From the NCBI RefSeq assembly GCF_009914755.1, contig NC_060927.1: DNA of 64,000 nt, one strand, 5' to 3'. This document shows positions 1-13,210 of the stretch, piece after piece; the first letter of the stretch is position 1, and each line of letters begins with the position of its first letter. The position numbers and the translations under genes are program-made. Under the pieces are notes generated by a model, which saw only the letters and a list, made by a program, of their open reading frames with translations, made no database searches and was not told the DNA's origin. This DNA is from the human T2T-CHM13v2.0 reference genome, Homo sapiens.

Positions 1-1749
1 TAGCGTTTCACATAAAAAGCATAGCAGCAGCTCTGAAAAGACACTTCACAGTAAATATGTCAAAGGTAGAGACAGGTCTTCATGTGTGAGAAAGTATAGC
101 GAGAGCAGATCATCTTTAGATTATTCTTCAGACAGTGAGCAGTCAAGTGTTCAGGCCACACAGTCAGCCCAGGAAAAAGAGAAGCAGGGCCAAATGGAAA
201 GAACACATAATAAACAAGAAAAAAACAGAGGTGAAGAAAAATCCAAGTCTGAACGGGAATGCCCTCATTCAAAAAAAAGAACTTTGAAAGAGAATCTTTC
301 TGATCACCTTAGAAATGGCAGTAAGCCCAAAAGGAAGAATTATGCTGGTAGTAAATGGGACTCTGAGTCAAATTCAGAACGAGATGTCACTAAAAACAGT
401 AAAAATGACTCCCATCCATCCTCTGACAAGGAAGAAGGTGAGGCCACATCCGATTCTGAATCAGAGGTTAGTGAAATTCACATCAAAGTCAAACCCACAA
501 CCAAGTCGTCCACAAATACTTCACTGCCTGATGATAATGGTGCTTGGAAATCAAGCAAACAGCGCACATCAACTTCTGACTCTGAGGGGTCCTGTTCCAA
601 TTCGGAAAACAATAGGGGAAAGCCACAAAAGCACAAACATGGGTCAAAGGAAAATCTTAAAAGAGAACACACCAAAAAAGTGAAAGAGAAATTGAAAGGG
701 AAAAAAGACAAAAAGCATAAGGCTCCAAAACGAAAGCAAGCATTTCACTGGCAGCCTCCACTAGAATTTGGTGAAGAGGAGGAGGAGGAGATTGATGACA
801 AGCAAGTTACTCAGGAATCAAAAGAGAAAAAAGTTTCTGAAAACAATGAAACCATAAAAGATAATATTCTAAAAACTGAGAAATCCAGTGAAGAGGACCT
901 TTCAGGTAAACATGATACAGTGACTGTTTCATCAGATCTTGATCAGTTTACTAAAGATGATAGTAAACTCAGTATTTCTCCCACAGCTTTAAATACTGAG
1001 GAAAATGTGGCCTGTTTACAAAACATTCAGCACGTTGAAGAAAGTGTTCCCAATGGAGTGGAAGATGTGCTTCAAACAGATGACAACATGGAGATCTGCA
1101 CTCCTGATAGGAGTTCCCCAGCAAAAGTAGAGGAGACTTCCCCTCTAGGAAATGCACGGCTTGATACCCCAGATATAAACATTGTTTTGAAGCAGGATAT
1201 GGCAACGGAACATCCTCAAGCAGAGGTAGTAAAACAGGAAAGCAGCATGTCCGAAAGTAAAGTGTTGGGTGAAGTGGGGAAACAGGACAGCAGCTCTGCT
1301 AGCTTGGCTAGTGCTGGAGAAAGTACCGGGAAGAAGGAGGTGGCTGAGAAGAGCCAGATCAACCTCATTGATAAGAAATGGAAGCCCCTGCAAGGTGTGG
1401 GGAACCTGGCAGCACCTAATGCTGCCACATCCAGTGCTGTGGAAGTTAAGGTGTTGACCACTGTGCCTGAAATGAAACCACAAGGCTTGAGAATAGAAAT
1501 TAAAAGCAAAAATAAAGTTCGGCCTGGGTCTCTCTTTGATGAAGTAAGAAAGACAGCACGCTTAAACCGTAGACCAAGAAATCAGGAGAGTTCAAGTGAT
1601 GAGCAGACGCCTAGTCGGGATGATGATAGCCAGTCCAGGAGTCCAAGTAGATCTCGAAGTAAATCTGAAACCAAATCAAGACACAGAACAAGGTCTGTCT
1701 CCTATAGTCACTCAAGAAGTCGATCGAGAAGTTCCACATCATCTTATCG
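1..1749 (+). CDS. NKTR: NK-tumor recognition protein (cyclophilin-RS protein), large internal exon, 5' part outside the window
   Basis: Frame is open from base 2. Encodes Ser/Lys/Glu-rich low-complexity protein with AFHWQPPLEFG and GSLFDEVRKTARLNRRPR motifs, then RS repeats. Ends TATCG|gtgagc. Confidence 0.95.
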
Positions 1750-3596
1750 GTGAGCAATATTCTCTTTCCTTTCTTCTCCCAAGGAGAGTCTGTTATTGTT
1801 TAGCTTGGAAGAATATCAGAATTAGGGACAGAATCACTATTTCCAAATATCTGAAAGGAATAAGAAGTCTTGTTTTGTGTGATTCAGAGAGTAGATTGAA
1901 AACTTAGGGAGAGGGAATTTCAGGAGGAGAAATTTGGGCTGGGTTTACAAAACTATTACTATCAGTTTAAAGCTCTCTGTCACTAGAAATGAGTTCCCAT
2001 GATAGGTGGTAAATTCTCCATCTTTAAAGGTGTGAGGCTGCTTCTTGCCAGTCAAGTGATGCCTTAGAAGGGAATCCTGAATTGACAGAATATATAGAAT
2101 TTGCAGATCATTAATCTAACCTTCCATTTTACACATGTGGAAGTTGAGGGCCAGAGAGACAAAGTTACCTGCCCAAGACATGCATCTTAGTTTAGATGGG
2201 GCATAGGGATAAAAATGATCATCTTTAGATTTTTGTTGTTGTTTGAAAAGCAATAAAAGAATTTAAAACACCTTTTTCTCATCTTTGTCACTCTGCACCT
2301 TCATGAAAAGGTTTTTTGTTATTGTTATAAATTGCATCATAACTTGTCAGCATAGAATGGATAACAGAGATGAGAATTAAAAACTAAAAATATTTGTGAT
2401 GGTAATAGGAAGTTAGTAAGCAGTTGTGTTGCATTCTTTTTCTTGTAAATATTTTATGGTTTTACCTGTTTCTTAATTATTCATATCCCTTATTTTATTG
2501 TGCTTGATATTCATCATTTGAACTGAAAATACCATAAGAATCTTTGACGTTTGTTTCCTTTCTAGTTATTCATCAGTCTTTCTTCCCTTGCCTACCCAGA
2601 CTTCCTAAAAAAGGAACCGCCACGTGCCATCTATACTCGGTCTCCCATTTTCTCCTCGGCTGTGTGCTTGCTGCCTTCTGTGCCTTCCCCTCCCCGCATC
2701 TCTTAGTTTACTGACTAAGACTTTCAGGTACTTCTGATGGCCAGTACCATGGCGTATTTTCAGCCTCACTTCTGGAGCCCTCTGCTAGCTCTCCTTTCTC
2801 CCACTCAGGCCATTTCGTCCCTGTGTTCTAGGCTTCTGTTCTTCCTCATGGCCTTTTCTCTCTGAGTTCCTGTTGATAGATGCAGTTGCCTATTGAGCGA
2901 CTCCAGCTTCCTGTCTGCTTATGATCTGCCTTAACCATTTACACAGAGACAGCTCTGAGCTATTCGTGATGCTGGCCACTCTTCTCATTTACCTTCCCAC
3001 CTCTGCCTTGGAGTGGGTGGTATTTCAGTTTGTAATGAAGACAGCAAGGCGTAGAAAGGCTAAGGGACTTGTTCTAGGCTATGCAGCTAACAGGTAGTAG
3101 ACTGAGATGGATAAGCCTGGGTGCTGCCCTGCCTCCCTGTTTTGGTTACCTGCCTGGGCCTGACACCCCCATTAGGCTGTGAACTCCTTGAAGTCAGGAA
3201 CTGTGTGTTACTCATCGTTCAGTCACCTCACAGGGTCTGGCTTTATTATTTTTGGTTGAATAAATGACTACAATCTTATTAGAACATAACGTATTCATTT
3301 TCTTGCAGATATACTGGAAGCAGGTCATGTCTTCCAAAACATAGTGCATACTGAATAAAACCTATGGTGATATTACATAATGTCACCTGTACACAGAGGT
3401 ATTGTTCTGTTCCTGAATGACAGGCCTAAAGTAGGGGAGAAGGGTGGGGAGCCAAGTGAATGCAGAGGGGCAGAATTGTACTGCTTACATTTTTGCTTGT
3501 TTTATTAAGTATTAGACATAAAAAATGATAAAAGTATAAAAAGCTATATAATACATACTCATGTACCTGCCATCTAGCTTAAAAAATAGATCTTTG

Positions 3597-3948
<352 letters not shown>

Positions 3949-4499
3949 TTATTCTAAACTTTGGTTATAATTTTGTTGTCTTTCTTTATAGCTTTACCCC
4001 AAGTGTTTCTATCTTTATACAATGTTATGTTTGCACTTTTTATTAAGTAAAATACTTTTATATATATAGATGTTCTACATTTGCCTTCTTCATTCAACAT
4101 TGTGTTCTAGAGATATATCCTTGCTGAAACATGTAGCTGTAGTTCATTTTCTTCAGAATATTTCGTTATATATCTCTACCTTAATGTTTTTTTAACCCAT
4201 TCTACCATTAGTGGAGATTTGGTTTATTTTCTTCTCAGTGTTATTGGTGTTATAAATCAGGCTTCTATGAACATACTTGTGCCAATCTTTTCTTGTTTTT
4301 CTTTATTTTCTTCTGTTTGATTTTAACCATGGTTGTTTTGAGAGTTCCTCATTAGCTGACACTGTCATATCCACTGTGAGGAGTTTGTGAGAGGCCTTTC
4401 TTCTTGTTGTGTTTTCCCCTTTCTGCCCTACCAGTAATTAATTTTAATATCATGATGAGTCAACATAATTATATATTTTTTCAATTGCTTTAATTGTAG

Positions 4500-4595
4500 A
4501 TCAAGAAGCTACTCTAGAAGTCGGAGCAGAGGATGGTACAGCAGAGGCCGAACCAGAAGCCGGAGCAGTTCCTACCGGAGTTACAAAAGTCACAG
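4500..4595 (+). CDS. NKTR: NKTR RS-domain exon (96 nt)
   Basis: ttgtag|A...CACAG|gtgagc. Encodes (R)SRSYSRSRSRGWYSRGRTRSRSSSYRSYKSH in frame with the previous exon. Confidence 0.93.
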
Positions 4596-5337
4596 GTGAG
4601 CTTGTGATCTCACCCTGTGATGTGGTCTCCATCATGTCCACTTTTTAAGGCTACATAGGCAGAGGGGGTAGTTGTTGAGAAGAATCATGTCATTACTGAA
4701 TATACTACTGGCCTATTTTCTCATGTAGTTTTTTCTATGTAAGAGCTGTGGAATTCTTGACTATTCCTCTGTTGGGATCTTATCAGAGTGAGGCAAGAGG
4801 AGCAGTAGAAATATTTAAGAAGCCTTGACCCCTACCTCCACCTCCCCCACATGCATCTTCCTTAACCTAAGTTTTACATCTGCATTCACCTCTTGACATG
4901 GGTTAGAGATTGGGATAGGAAGATTGTAGAGAGGGGACCAAGAGGAAGAAGTATATATATGGTGGGAAGGGTGGCCCCAGATTTCTAGTTCTCCTAGCTT
5001 CTTTCCCTCTTTTGCATCTGAGGTATTTTCTACTGCTGTCACTTCACTTTACTTACAAAGGTCCTACCTGTACAGACCTTTCCCCTAACTCCACCCAGTT
5101 TAGAGCCTCCCTAGTGACTATATGCATCTCAGAGAAGAACTGCATAAAACTTGATCTTATGAAATCCAATAGGCTTTTTAAAAAATCCAATATACTTTTG
5201 ATATGAAAACAAAACAAATGTAGCTGTGGGATTTCACTGTATTTTCACCTTGATGGGCAAATAAATGTCTAGATATTTGGTATAGCCTGTCCTGCCCTGA
5301 TCTATAAGATGATGGTCCTTCATGTGATTAATATTAG

Positions 5338-5394
5338 GACGTCCAGCAGGAGCAGATCCAGGAGCAGCTCATATGATCCCCACAGTCGATCCAG
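5338..5394 (+). CDS. NKTR: NKTR RS-domain exon (57 nt)
   Basis: attag|G...TCCAG|gtatga. Encodes (R)TSSRSRSRSSSYDPHSRS. Confidence 0.92.
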
Positions 5395-5900
5395 GTATGA
5401 ACAGGGATTGGGAAACCACCAGTGGGGCAGAACTGAAAGATCTTGTTTTGTAAACTGTTTGTTCAAAGTGGTATTTTATTGAGTAACTAAATGCATATAT
5501 TTGTCTCCTGAAACCATACCTTTTCTAAATGAGGTCTGTTCGACAAGTTTTATCTGTTGGCCCATTGTACTCCAGTGTCAAAAATGACAATATCAAATTG
5601 TAATGGCAGGTGTTTATTGAATATAATTGCCTACAGAGATCCACCAGGTTCAAACTAACTCGTTAACTTTGTGATATTTTTCAATGCAGAAAAGAAATTA
5701 ACATTTTTCTCTTTAATTATGGTAAGTCTCATTTGGGGCAATTGTTAAATGTTTCCAGTACTTGTTTTGGAAATATATCCTCATGCTGTCACCTAGTGCC
5801 CATGTTCTAAGCTAGAACACTCCTGAGATCCTAAAAAGAAATAGGAACATATGAGTATCTGAGTGGGAAAATTTAGTGTTTGTTGTTGCCGTTAAAGCAG

Positions 5901-6002
5901 GTCCTACACCTACGATAGCTACTATAGCAGGAGTCGGAGTCGAAGTAGAAGCCAGAGAAGTGACAGTTACCACCGAGGCAGAAGTTATAATCGGCGGTCC
6001 AG
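5901..6002 (+). CDS. NKTR: NKTR RS-domain exon (102 nt)
   Basis: aagcag|G...TCCAG|gtgggt. Encodes (R)SYTYDSYYSRSRSRSRSQRSDSYHRGRSYNRRS. Confidence 0.92.
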
Positions 6003-6977
6003 GTGGGTCTCTCTCCTTTATCGTCCTTTATCGCACTGTAGGCCACGGTGGGCACTTGATGTGGGAGGGTGATGGGCTGCTAGTGGAAGAGAAAGTGGTA
6101 TAATCTTCCAAGGACAGAAATACTTCTTCCTTTAAATCTGAACAACCCACAAGCAGCCACTAAAAGTGGCTTTTATATTAAGAGTTGCCAGGTAATATTT
6201 GTTGGTTATTATTAATGTTTGAATCTAAAATGGGTTTCTAAATATTCACATATCTTGGACAGACCTTTCTTTTGGAAAGAAAGAAGGCCACCCAAACCAT
6301 GGCCACTTGCTTAAATAGAACCACTTGCTAGCAGTAGCCAGTTTCTCATTTTTTTTAAATAAAAAAATACATAATATAATTTGCTTCAGCAGCAGGATTG
6401 AGGTTTATATGTTGTCAATTATTTAGTAAAATACATTTTTTATGTATTATATGTATTATGTTTAACATATTTTGGCTTCTGCAAAAGTCTTTATGTTAAC
6501 TTTTGTACTGTCCTTTTCTGGTGGCTTCTGGTCTTGCCTTCCCCTGTCCATTGCAACTGCAATGATGCTTGTAAATATCAGTCTGATCTGGATACTCCCT
6601 TGCTTGAAACTCTTCAAGGACTCCCTGCTGCTTTCATGATCAGGTCCAGCCTCCTCAGCACCAACTCCAGCTCACACTCTTTCTGGCTTCCCTCCTTTAA
6701 AGTGTTGGGACTTTTCCTTCTGCCTGGAGACACACGTGTCCTCTTCACCATCTCCCCTTTTGCCACTTGAAATGGCCAGTTCCCATCTACCCTGCAGATC
6801 TCCACTGTCCCTGGGCAGCCCTCCCTGATGCCTAATCCTAGGATACAGTCCCTCCCATGTGCCTCTAAGACAGCCCTTTGCTCCTACTGTGGCTCCCCTT
6901 GCTCCTAAATTACTTGTCTTGCTGACTATTCTATTCTGTCCTTGAACCCCAGAGAACTATACTTGGTTTTGTGTCTT

Positions 6978-6996
6978 TGTGTGTGTGTGTGTGTGT
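6978..6996. repeat. (TG)n microsatellite
   Basis: Read directly. Confidence 0.85.
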
Positions 6997-7385
6997 TCCC
7001 AGCATCTTGCAAAATGCCTGGCTCACAGTGAATGTTTTTCAAAATAACTGAATGGGACCCATGACCAGGTCCTCTTGACTCAATATCCCAGTGGTCCTGT
7101 TCATGCCCAGGGCCACCCCCACCCCTCATTGGACCCCATTTTGGTTTCCATTCCTTGAGTGAAACTATTTGTGCACCTTTTCCCCATTACTTTTCTCAGG
7201 TAATCTATTCAAATATTGATACTCATTTTGGGTAATATGGGGAAACTATTCTGCTCATTGGTTTTTTGTTTTTGTGGTCCCAGCATTTGCATGAATGAAT
7301 TTCACACAAATTTCCTAAGATGTGATGTTTCTTTATTTTATCTTAATCTTGACATTACTACAACTTGTCATTTAAAACAGCTTCA

Positions 7386-7699
<314 letters not shown>

Positions 7700-7886
7700 G
7701 TCCATGGTGTTGCCATAGTCAGTACCCTACCTCTGTGTTATGCTGCATCAATAGTGCATCAGTTATATGAGTGGCTTGAAAACACTATTGATGTTTTCAA
7801 GCCACTCATATAAAAAACAAGCTATAAGAGGAATTCAAAGATTTTACAGTTACAAGATTTTTATATATTTTGTTTTGTTATTACAG

Positions 7887-7974
7887 GAGTTGTAGATCTT
7901 ATGGCTCTGACAGTGAAAGTGACCGAAGTTACTCTCATCACCGGAGCCCCAGTGAGAGCAGCAGATACAGTTGA
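7887..7974 (+). CDS. NKTR: NKTR last coding exon
   Basis: ttacag|G AGT TGT... encodes (R)SCRSYGSDSESDRSYSHHRSPSESSRYS; stop TGA at 7972-7974. Confidence 0.93.
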
Positions 7975-9262
7975 AAACGTCCGGATACAAATTATATCTT
8001 ATTTGTAAATATCTGGCAACTTAGCTTAAGAAATGTAATGACAGTCTGTTGTTCTATTTCAATATCAGAGGTGAATTTCAAAAATAGACACTTCTTAATT
8101 GTTACTGGTTCATTTACATGTGGGGAGAAGAATTTAAAATACAGATATGTCTCCTAAAAATATTTTTATGCCACATTTTACAGTAGCCAACTATGGAAAT
8201 GAATTTCATTTTCTTGAATCAAGAAATCGTGAAATTTATCTATGTATAATTTGCAATATTATTTTAAGTCTATTTCACTCTATCTTACGTATCCCTTAGA
8301 ATACAGATTCTTTTTGCCTGTTTTTCCAGTTTTAGCATATATGCTGCCAAGCATAGAACTGTGAAGGAGAACTGTTAAAGGCGGCCAAATATTTATATAC
8401 TGATTACATAGAGTCTTGTACATATGTGCTCTAAAAACAAACCACCCAGAATTGATACTGTTGGTAACCAGGAGTATAAGGCAGTGGCTCTGGGGTTCTT
8501 AATTCATTCCTAACTTCTTTGATACTTCACAGGATTAGGAAAGTGGTCATCATACATCCCACACAGTCTGTATTACTTCAGGCTTGTGGGCAAGGTTAGG
8601 AAGAATCAATCAGCCTTAACTATAAATACCTGCACTGTCTCTGAGGACTTACTATTTTATGTTCTTTTTAATCAATACCGATCAGAAGTTTAGGTTATAA
8701 AAACAATTCTACTTCATGCTTTGGTGCTTGGTAATTTTTGGTGCGTCTTTAAGCATTACTCTTATATATCATATATTAAAATACCATAAAAATGAAATTC
8801 AGACAAAATCACTGGCACCAAAAATGGTTTATTCTGAGCTGTCTTCACTTTGACTATTTGGGGGGCTTCTCTCAAGTACAGATGTGGGTTGGGGTCCCCT
8901 GGAGCAGGCAGGATTGGCAGTAAGAGATATTGGCCACTCAAGTCTACTGTGTGTGTGTGCCTCTGGAAGAGTGAAGAATGGACTTCAAAAGTAACATCAA
9001 AAATCTAACTGCCACCATCCTGGAGACATTTTGCAGGGCTTTCCTTTCAAGTCTTTCAAGTACAGGATATTACCACAACAGCAGCTGAACTGTTGTAACC
9101 AGCATGTTTTTCCTATTTCCACTGTGACCTGCAGCTGACTCAAAGCCTTGCGTGACCTGACCCAGGTGCAAGAGACAGGGGAAGAGGGATAGAGGGTATA
9201 GCATAAATTACATATTTTCATGGCTTTGGGTGGTTCCTCCAAAAATAATTGGACCTGTAAAA

Positions 9263-9266
<4 letters not shown>

Positions 9267-9300
<34 letters not shown>
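9267..9300. repeat. (GT)17 microsatellite in the NKTR 3'UTR
   Basis: Read directly; followed by a T-run. Confidence 0.92.
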
Positions 9301-9302
<2 letters not shown>

Positions 9303-9796
9303 TTTTTTTTTTTAATCTTTACTTTGAATTTGTTCCCCAAGTGTACTTAATCACCTTAGTGCCAGTTTAATCCAGTTATGCAGAAGAAATTCATATTGGT
9401 TGCCTGATGTAGAGCTCAGCACCACCCTACCACAGGCCTTGTCTGGTGTATTTGGGAAGTGGAAAAGAGCCCTCAGTTGGAGGGAGCTGACAACCCTTGG
9501 TGGAGGGAGGGTGCCCTTGAATGTATTAAAACTATCACCCAAAGAAGGTATGAAAACAGGGTAAGGTGGTCAGTTGTTTGCCAGGTCAATAGACAGAAAG
9601 TACATTAGAAAACAGGACTTAGGCCAAACAAACAATACTGGATACTGAATACAAAACAGTATGATTTATATTAAAGGTTTCCAAAGGTTGCCTGCAAAGG
9701 AGAATATTACTACTAGTCAGCAGGAAAAAAATGCATTCAGAACCCAAGCAGAAACTGCCAAATGTAATTAGGTTAAGAAAAGTTACCCTTGGGCAG

Positions 9797-10316
9797 TGTA
9801 TTAGTTTTCTATTGCTGTGTGACAAATTACCCCAAATTTAGCAGTTTAAAAAACAATACCCATAGCAGTTCTGTAGCTCATGAGTCTGGCACAGTGTGGC
9901 TGGATTCTCTGCTCAGGGTCTTAAAGGCTGAAATAAGGGTTGGCAGGACAACATTCCTTCATGGAGGCTCTGGGGAAGAATCTGCTTCTAAGTTCATTCA
10001 GGTTGTTGGCGGAATTCAGTTCTTTGCTGGCTCTCAGCTGGAGGCCCCTCTCTCACCTCAAGGCTGCCTGCATTCCTTCTTATGTGGTCCCCTCCAGCTT
10101 CAAACCAGCCTTCCTGCTCTTTCTCATGCTTCATATCTCTCTCCCGTCCTCCTGTTTTAGGGGCATATGATTAGCTCAAGCCCACAGATATATTTTAAGG
10201 TTGATTGTGCGATAGAACATAATTGCAGGAGTACTGTCTCATCTCATCATATTCACGGGTTCTGGAGATTAGCTCATTGAAAGTGGGAGGGGCATTTTCA
10301 AATTCTGCCTACCACA
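9797..10316 (-). mobile_element. MaLR (MLT1-family) LTR inside the NKTR 3'UTR
   Basis: Starts TGTATTAGTTTTCTATTGCTGTGTGACAAATTACC, contains GGAGGCTCTGGGGAAGAATCTGCTTC and ends GCCTACCACA, all typical of MLT1. Confidence 0.8.
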
Positions 10317-10711
10317 GGCAATAACTGCCCATCTCAGCTGTAGGTGGAATTTTTACCCAGAAAAGATAGGCCCTAGAAGCCTCATTTCTTTTCTCCATGG
10401 AAAAGGACAGCCCTCTGCTGCAGCGTTCAACTTGTGTGTTTACTGACAGAGTGAACTACAGAAATAGCTTTTCTTCCTAAAGGGGATTGTTCTACATTTT
10501 GAAGTTATTTTTTAATAAAATTGAATTATGTTGTGTATTGTGCTTCTTAATAGGAAATGCATTATTGGACTGTTTTTGTAACATCCTGTTTATTGCAAAT
10601 AGCTAGTATCGTTCAAAAACTGTATAAAATACTTTTGTACATATTAGCAATGTCTAATTTGTATACACTTCAGTTAAATTTCCCTAAAACTTGAAAGGGG
10701 ACCTTGTAGAA

Positions 10712-10717
10712 ATTAAA
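10712..10717 (+). terminator. Candidate distal NKTR polyadenylation signal ATTAAA
   Basis: Variant hexamer at the end of the AU-rich UTR, with upstream UGUA elements and downstream U-rich sequence. An alternative AATAAA lies at 10514. Confidence 0.55.
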
Positions 10718-11540
10718 ATATATACTTAGTCTAAGTCTGAGTCTGTTCATGTTTTATCTTTCTGCTGACCCAGCCAGTGAAGACACCTCATCTCCTTTGG
10801 CAGCTCCTTTTCTTCTCCTAGCTGAGTGTTAGTGGTGGGTGTAGGAGGTGGAGCTAGAGAGAATGTCAGGCAGAGATTTTAACCTACACAGGTAAGCATT
10901 AATGATGTTTGGTCTTCCTCCCCTGGAAAATCCAGATTTCCTCTACACTTTGTTGTCATCTAGTTAAAATGACCTGCATAAAGATGTCTTTGCTGAGGGA
11001 GGAATATGTCACATCCCATGTGTGAGTTTCTACCTAGAGACAGTCCATTTACCTACAGCCTCTACATTTCCCTCCCTAACGGCAGCGCACTAGGCAGTGC
11101 AGCACATGTCACTCACTCCCAGAGAAAACATTCATGGTGATATTTTTAGTATACACATAAGAATTTGCAGGGGAAGTACAATTAACTTTTGTCTCCTCAG
11201 AACTGAAAGGAATGTCTATTTTCTTAGTGAATACAACATAACTTATTGTAGTTAACTTCTCACTGCAGATACTCAGTTTTTAAACTGAGTTAACAGTGGA
11301 CTCCTTAGTTGGGCAACTCCTGAAATTTGTCAAATCTGGATGCATTCCTTTAAAATGTAAAGAAAATGCAGGATCAAGTTCTGATAGTGGTAAACTTGAT
11401 AGTTGGGCAGTATTGGGGGGAAAATGTGCCAAGGACTTTGGTCTTGACTCTTCTGAATTAGCTGGGCATTAAATAGGCGGGAAGGTAATTCAAGGAAAAT
11501 GCCCCTCTTGCAAGAGATTATGGACACTAACTGGGCATCA

Positions 11541-11705
<165 letters not shown>

Positions 11706-12379
11706 TCAGTTTTTCAAGGCAAATGCTGAGCCTTGAAGGAGTGTTGCAAACTAATGTGGTCAGGTGAAAGGATGTGGAAGCCATGCCTCACAAGGTGAAA
11801 CGGACTGGGTTCAGATTTCCGGAGAACTCTGGTTTTTGGAACAGAGAATCAAGTCTGCTGTTCCCCACAGTGAGGCAAGAGCCTGCAGGCCCATGAGGGC
11901 CTTGTGGTAGAATGAGCTGGGAAGACAGCAGGGAGAAGTTCTTTGATGCAGTAAAGGCCCCTCAGGAGTCCAGAGGTGTCAGGGGAGGACGCTGGGTACC
12001 CTGAAAGAACACCTGTTCATCTCAGGACAGACTGGGAAGCTTGTCGGGGCCTGGTAAGTGCAAGGCAAGGAGAGCCTGCCCTGGCCACATACACACAGGG
12101 CTAGGAGGCTTTAGTGGTCTGTTTTCTTTCAAAGTTTCAGTACAAGGTAGAGATAGTGCTCCCTTGCTGCTGCCTCCACTCCTCACTGTGAATCAGAAGG
12201 CCCCAGGTAGGCCTGCTGCCTCTTGGAGACCCCAGACCCACCACTTACTATAGCCCATCAAACTCCAGCTCCCTAGACTGAGCTGAGCTTCACAGCCTGC
12301 AGAACCCAGGCTAGCTTGGAGAGGGTTGCATCTCTTCAGCCCAGAGCCTTGAGGACATCAGGGTAAAAGGAGTGGCCAC

Positions 12380-12648
12380 CTATATTTCTAGTGCTTTAGG
12401 AGGCCTAGGCAGGAGGATTGCTTGAGGCCAAGAGTTCAAGACCAGTCTGGACAACATAGCAAGACTATTAAGACAAGAACAGAACAAAAAGCAGCTGGGC
12501 ATGCTGATGCACACCTGTAGTCCCAGCTACTCAGAGGGCTGAGGTGGGAGGATCACTTGAGCCTAGGAGGTGGAGACTACAGTGAGCCATGATTGCATCT
12601 CTGCCCAGCTTGGGCAACAAAGCAAGACCCTGTCTGAGAAACAACAAA
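12380..12648 (+). mobile_element. Diverged Alu (AluJ-like)
   Basis: AGGAGGATTGCTTGAGGCCAAGAGTTCAAGACC...GAGCCATGATTG. Confidence 0.85.
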
Positions 12649-13029
12649 TGGAGTGACCTGAGGTCTCAGGACAAACACCTGCATTCTGCATCTTGAGCCC
12701 TGATCCTGGGCCTCCTATGGCTCATAAACCCCTGAAAGAGGGTATACATGACTGGCACACTCAGACATGAGAGACAACCAGGGGTGCTCATCCCTTCCCA
12801 GCCTGCAGACGAGTCTGCCTCCCAGTGGACCTGGCCCACAGGGGTTGGGTGTATAGGCTGGCACTTCACCAGCCTCTGGTCACCTAGGACCTCTAGCAAC
12901 TAAAATCTCCCATCAGGCCAGGTTCCCAGAGAAAGCCTAAGAAGAGTCCCCACTGACCTCAATGCCTCCAGCCTAATTTGGTTTTATTTTGAAGAAGCAG
13001 GGGGACTTCTATGAGCAACTATGCTATGG

Positions 13030-13210
13030 TACAATCGTTAAGGTCTCTGGGCCAGAACCAGGCTGCTTGGGTTCAAGTTCAACTCTGCCACTTCCCAGTT
13101 GGGTAACTGGAAGGAGGACAATTTGCTTGACCTCTATAATTCAGCTCATCTGAAAAATGGATGCTAGGGATTCCTCCTCCTAGAACTGTGGTGTATTAAA
13201 CGTTTAGAAA
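13030..13210. mobile_element. MIR fragment
   Basis: GGGTTCAAGTTCAACTCTGCCACTT...CTCATCTGAAAAATGG core-like sequence. Confidence 0.6.

Larger units (their letters stand above)
7975..10740 (+). other. NKTR: NKTR 3'UTR (end approximate)
   Basis: AU-rich sequence after the stop. AATAAA at 10514-10519 and ATTAAA at 10712-10717, followed by a U/GU-rich tract. Confidence 0.7.
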
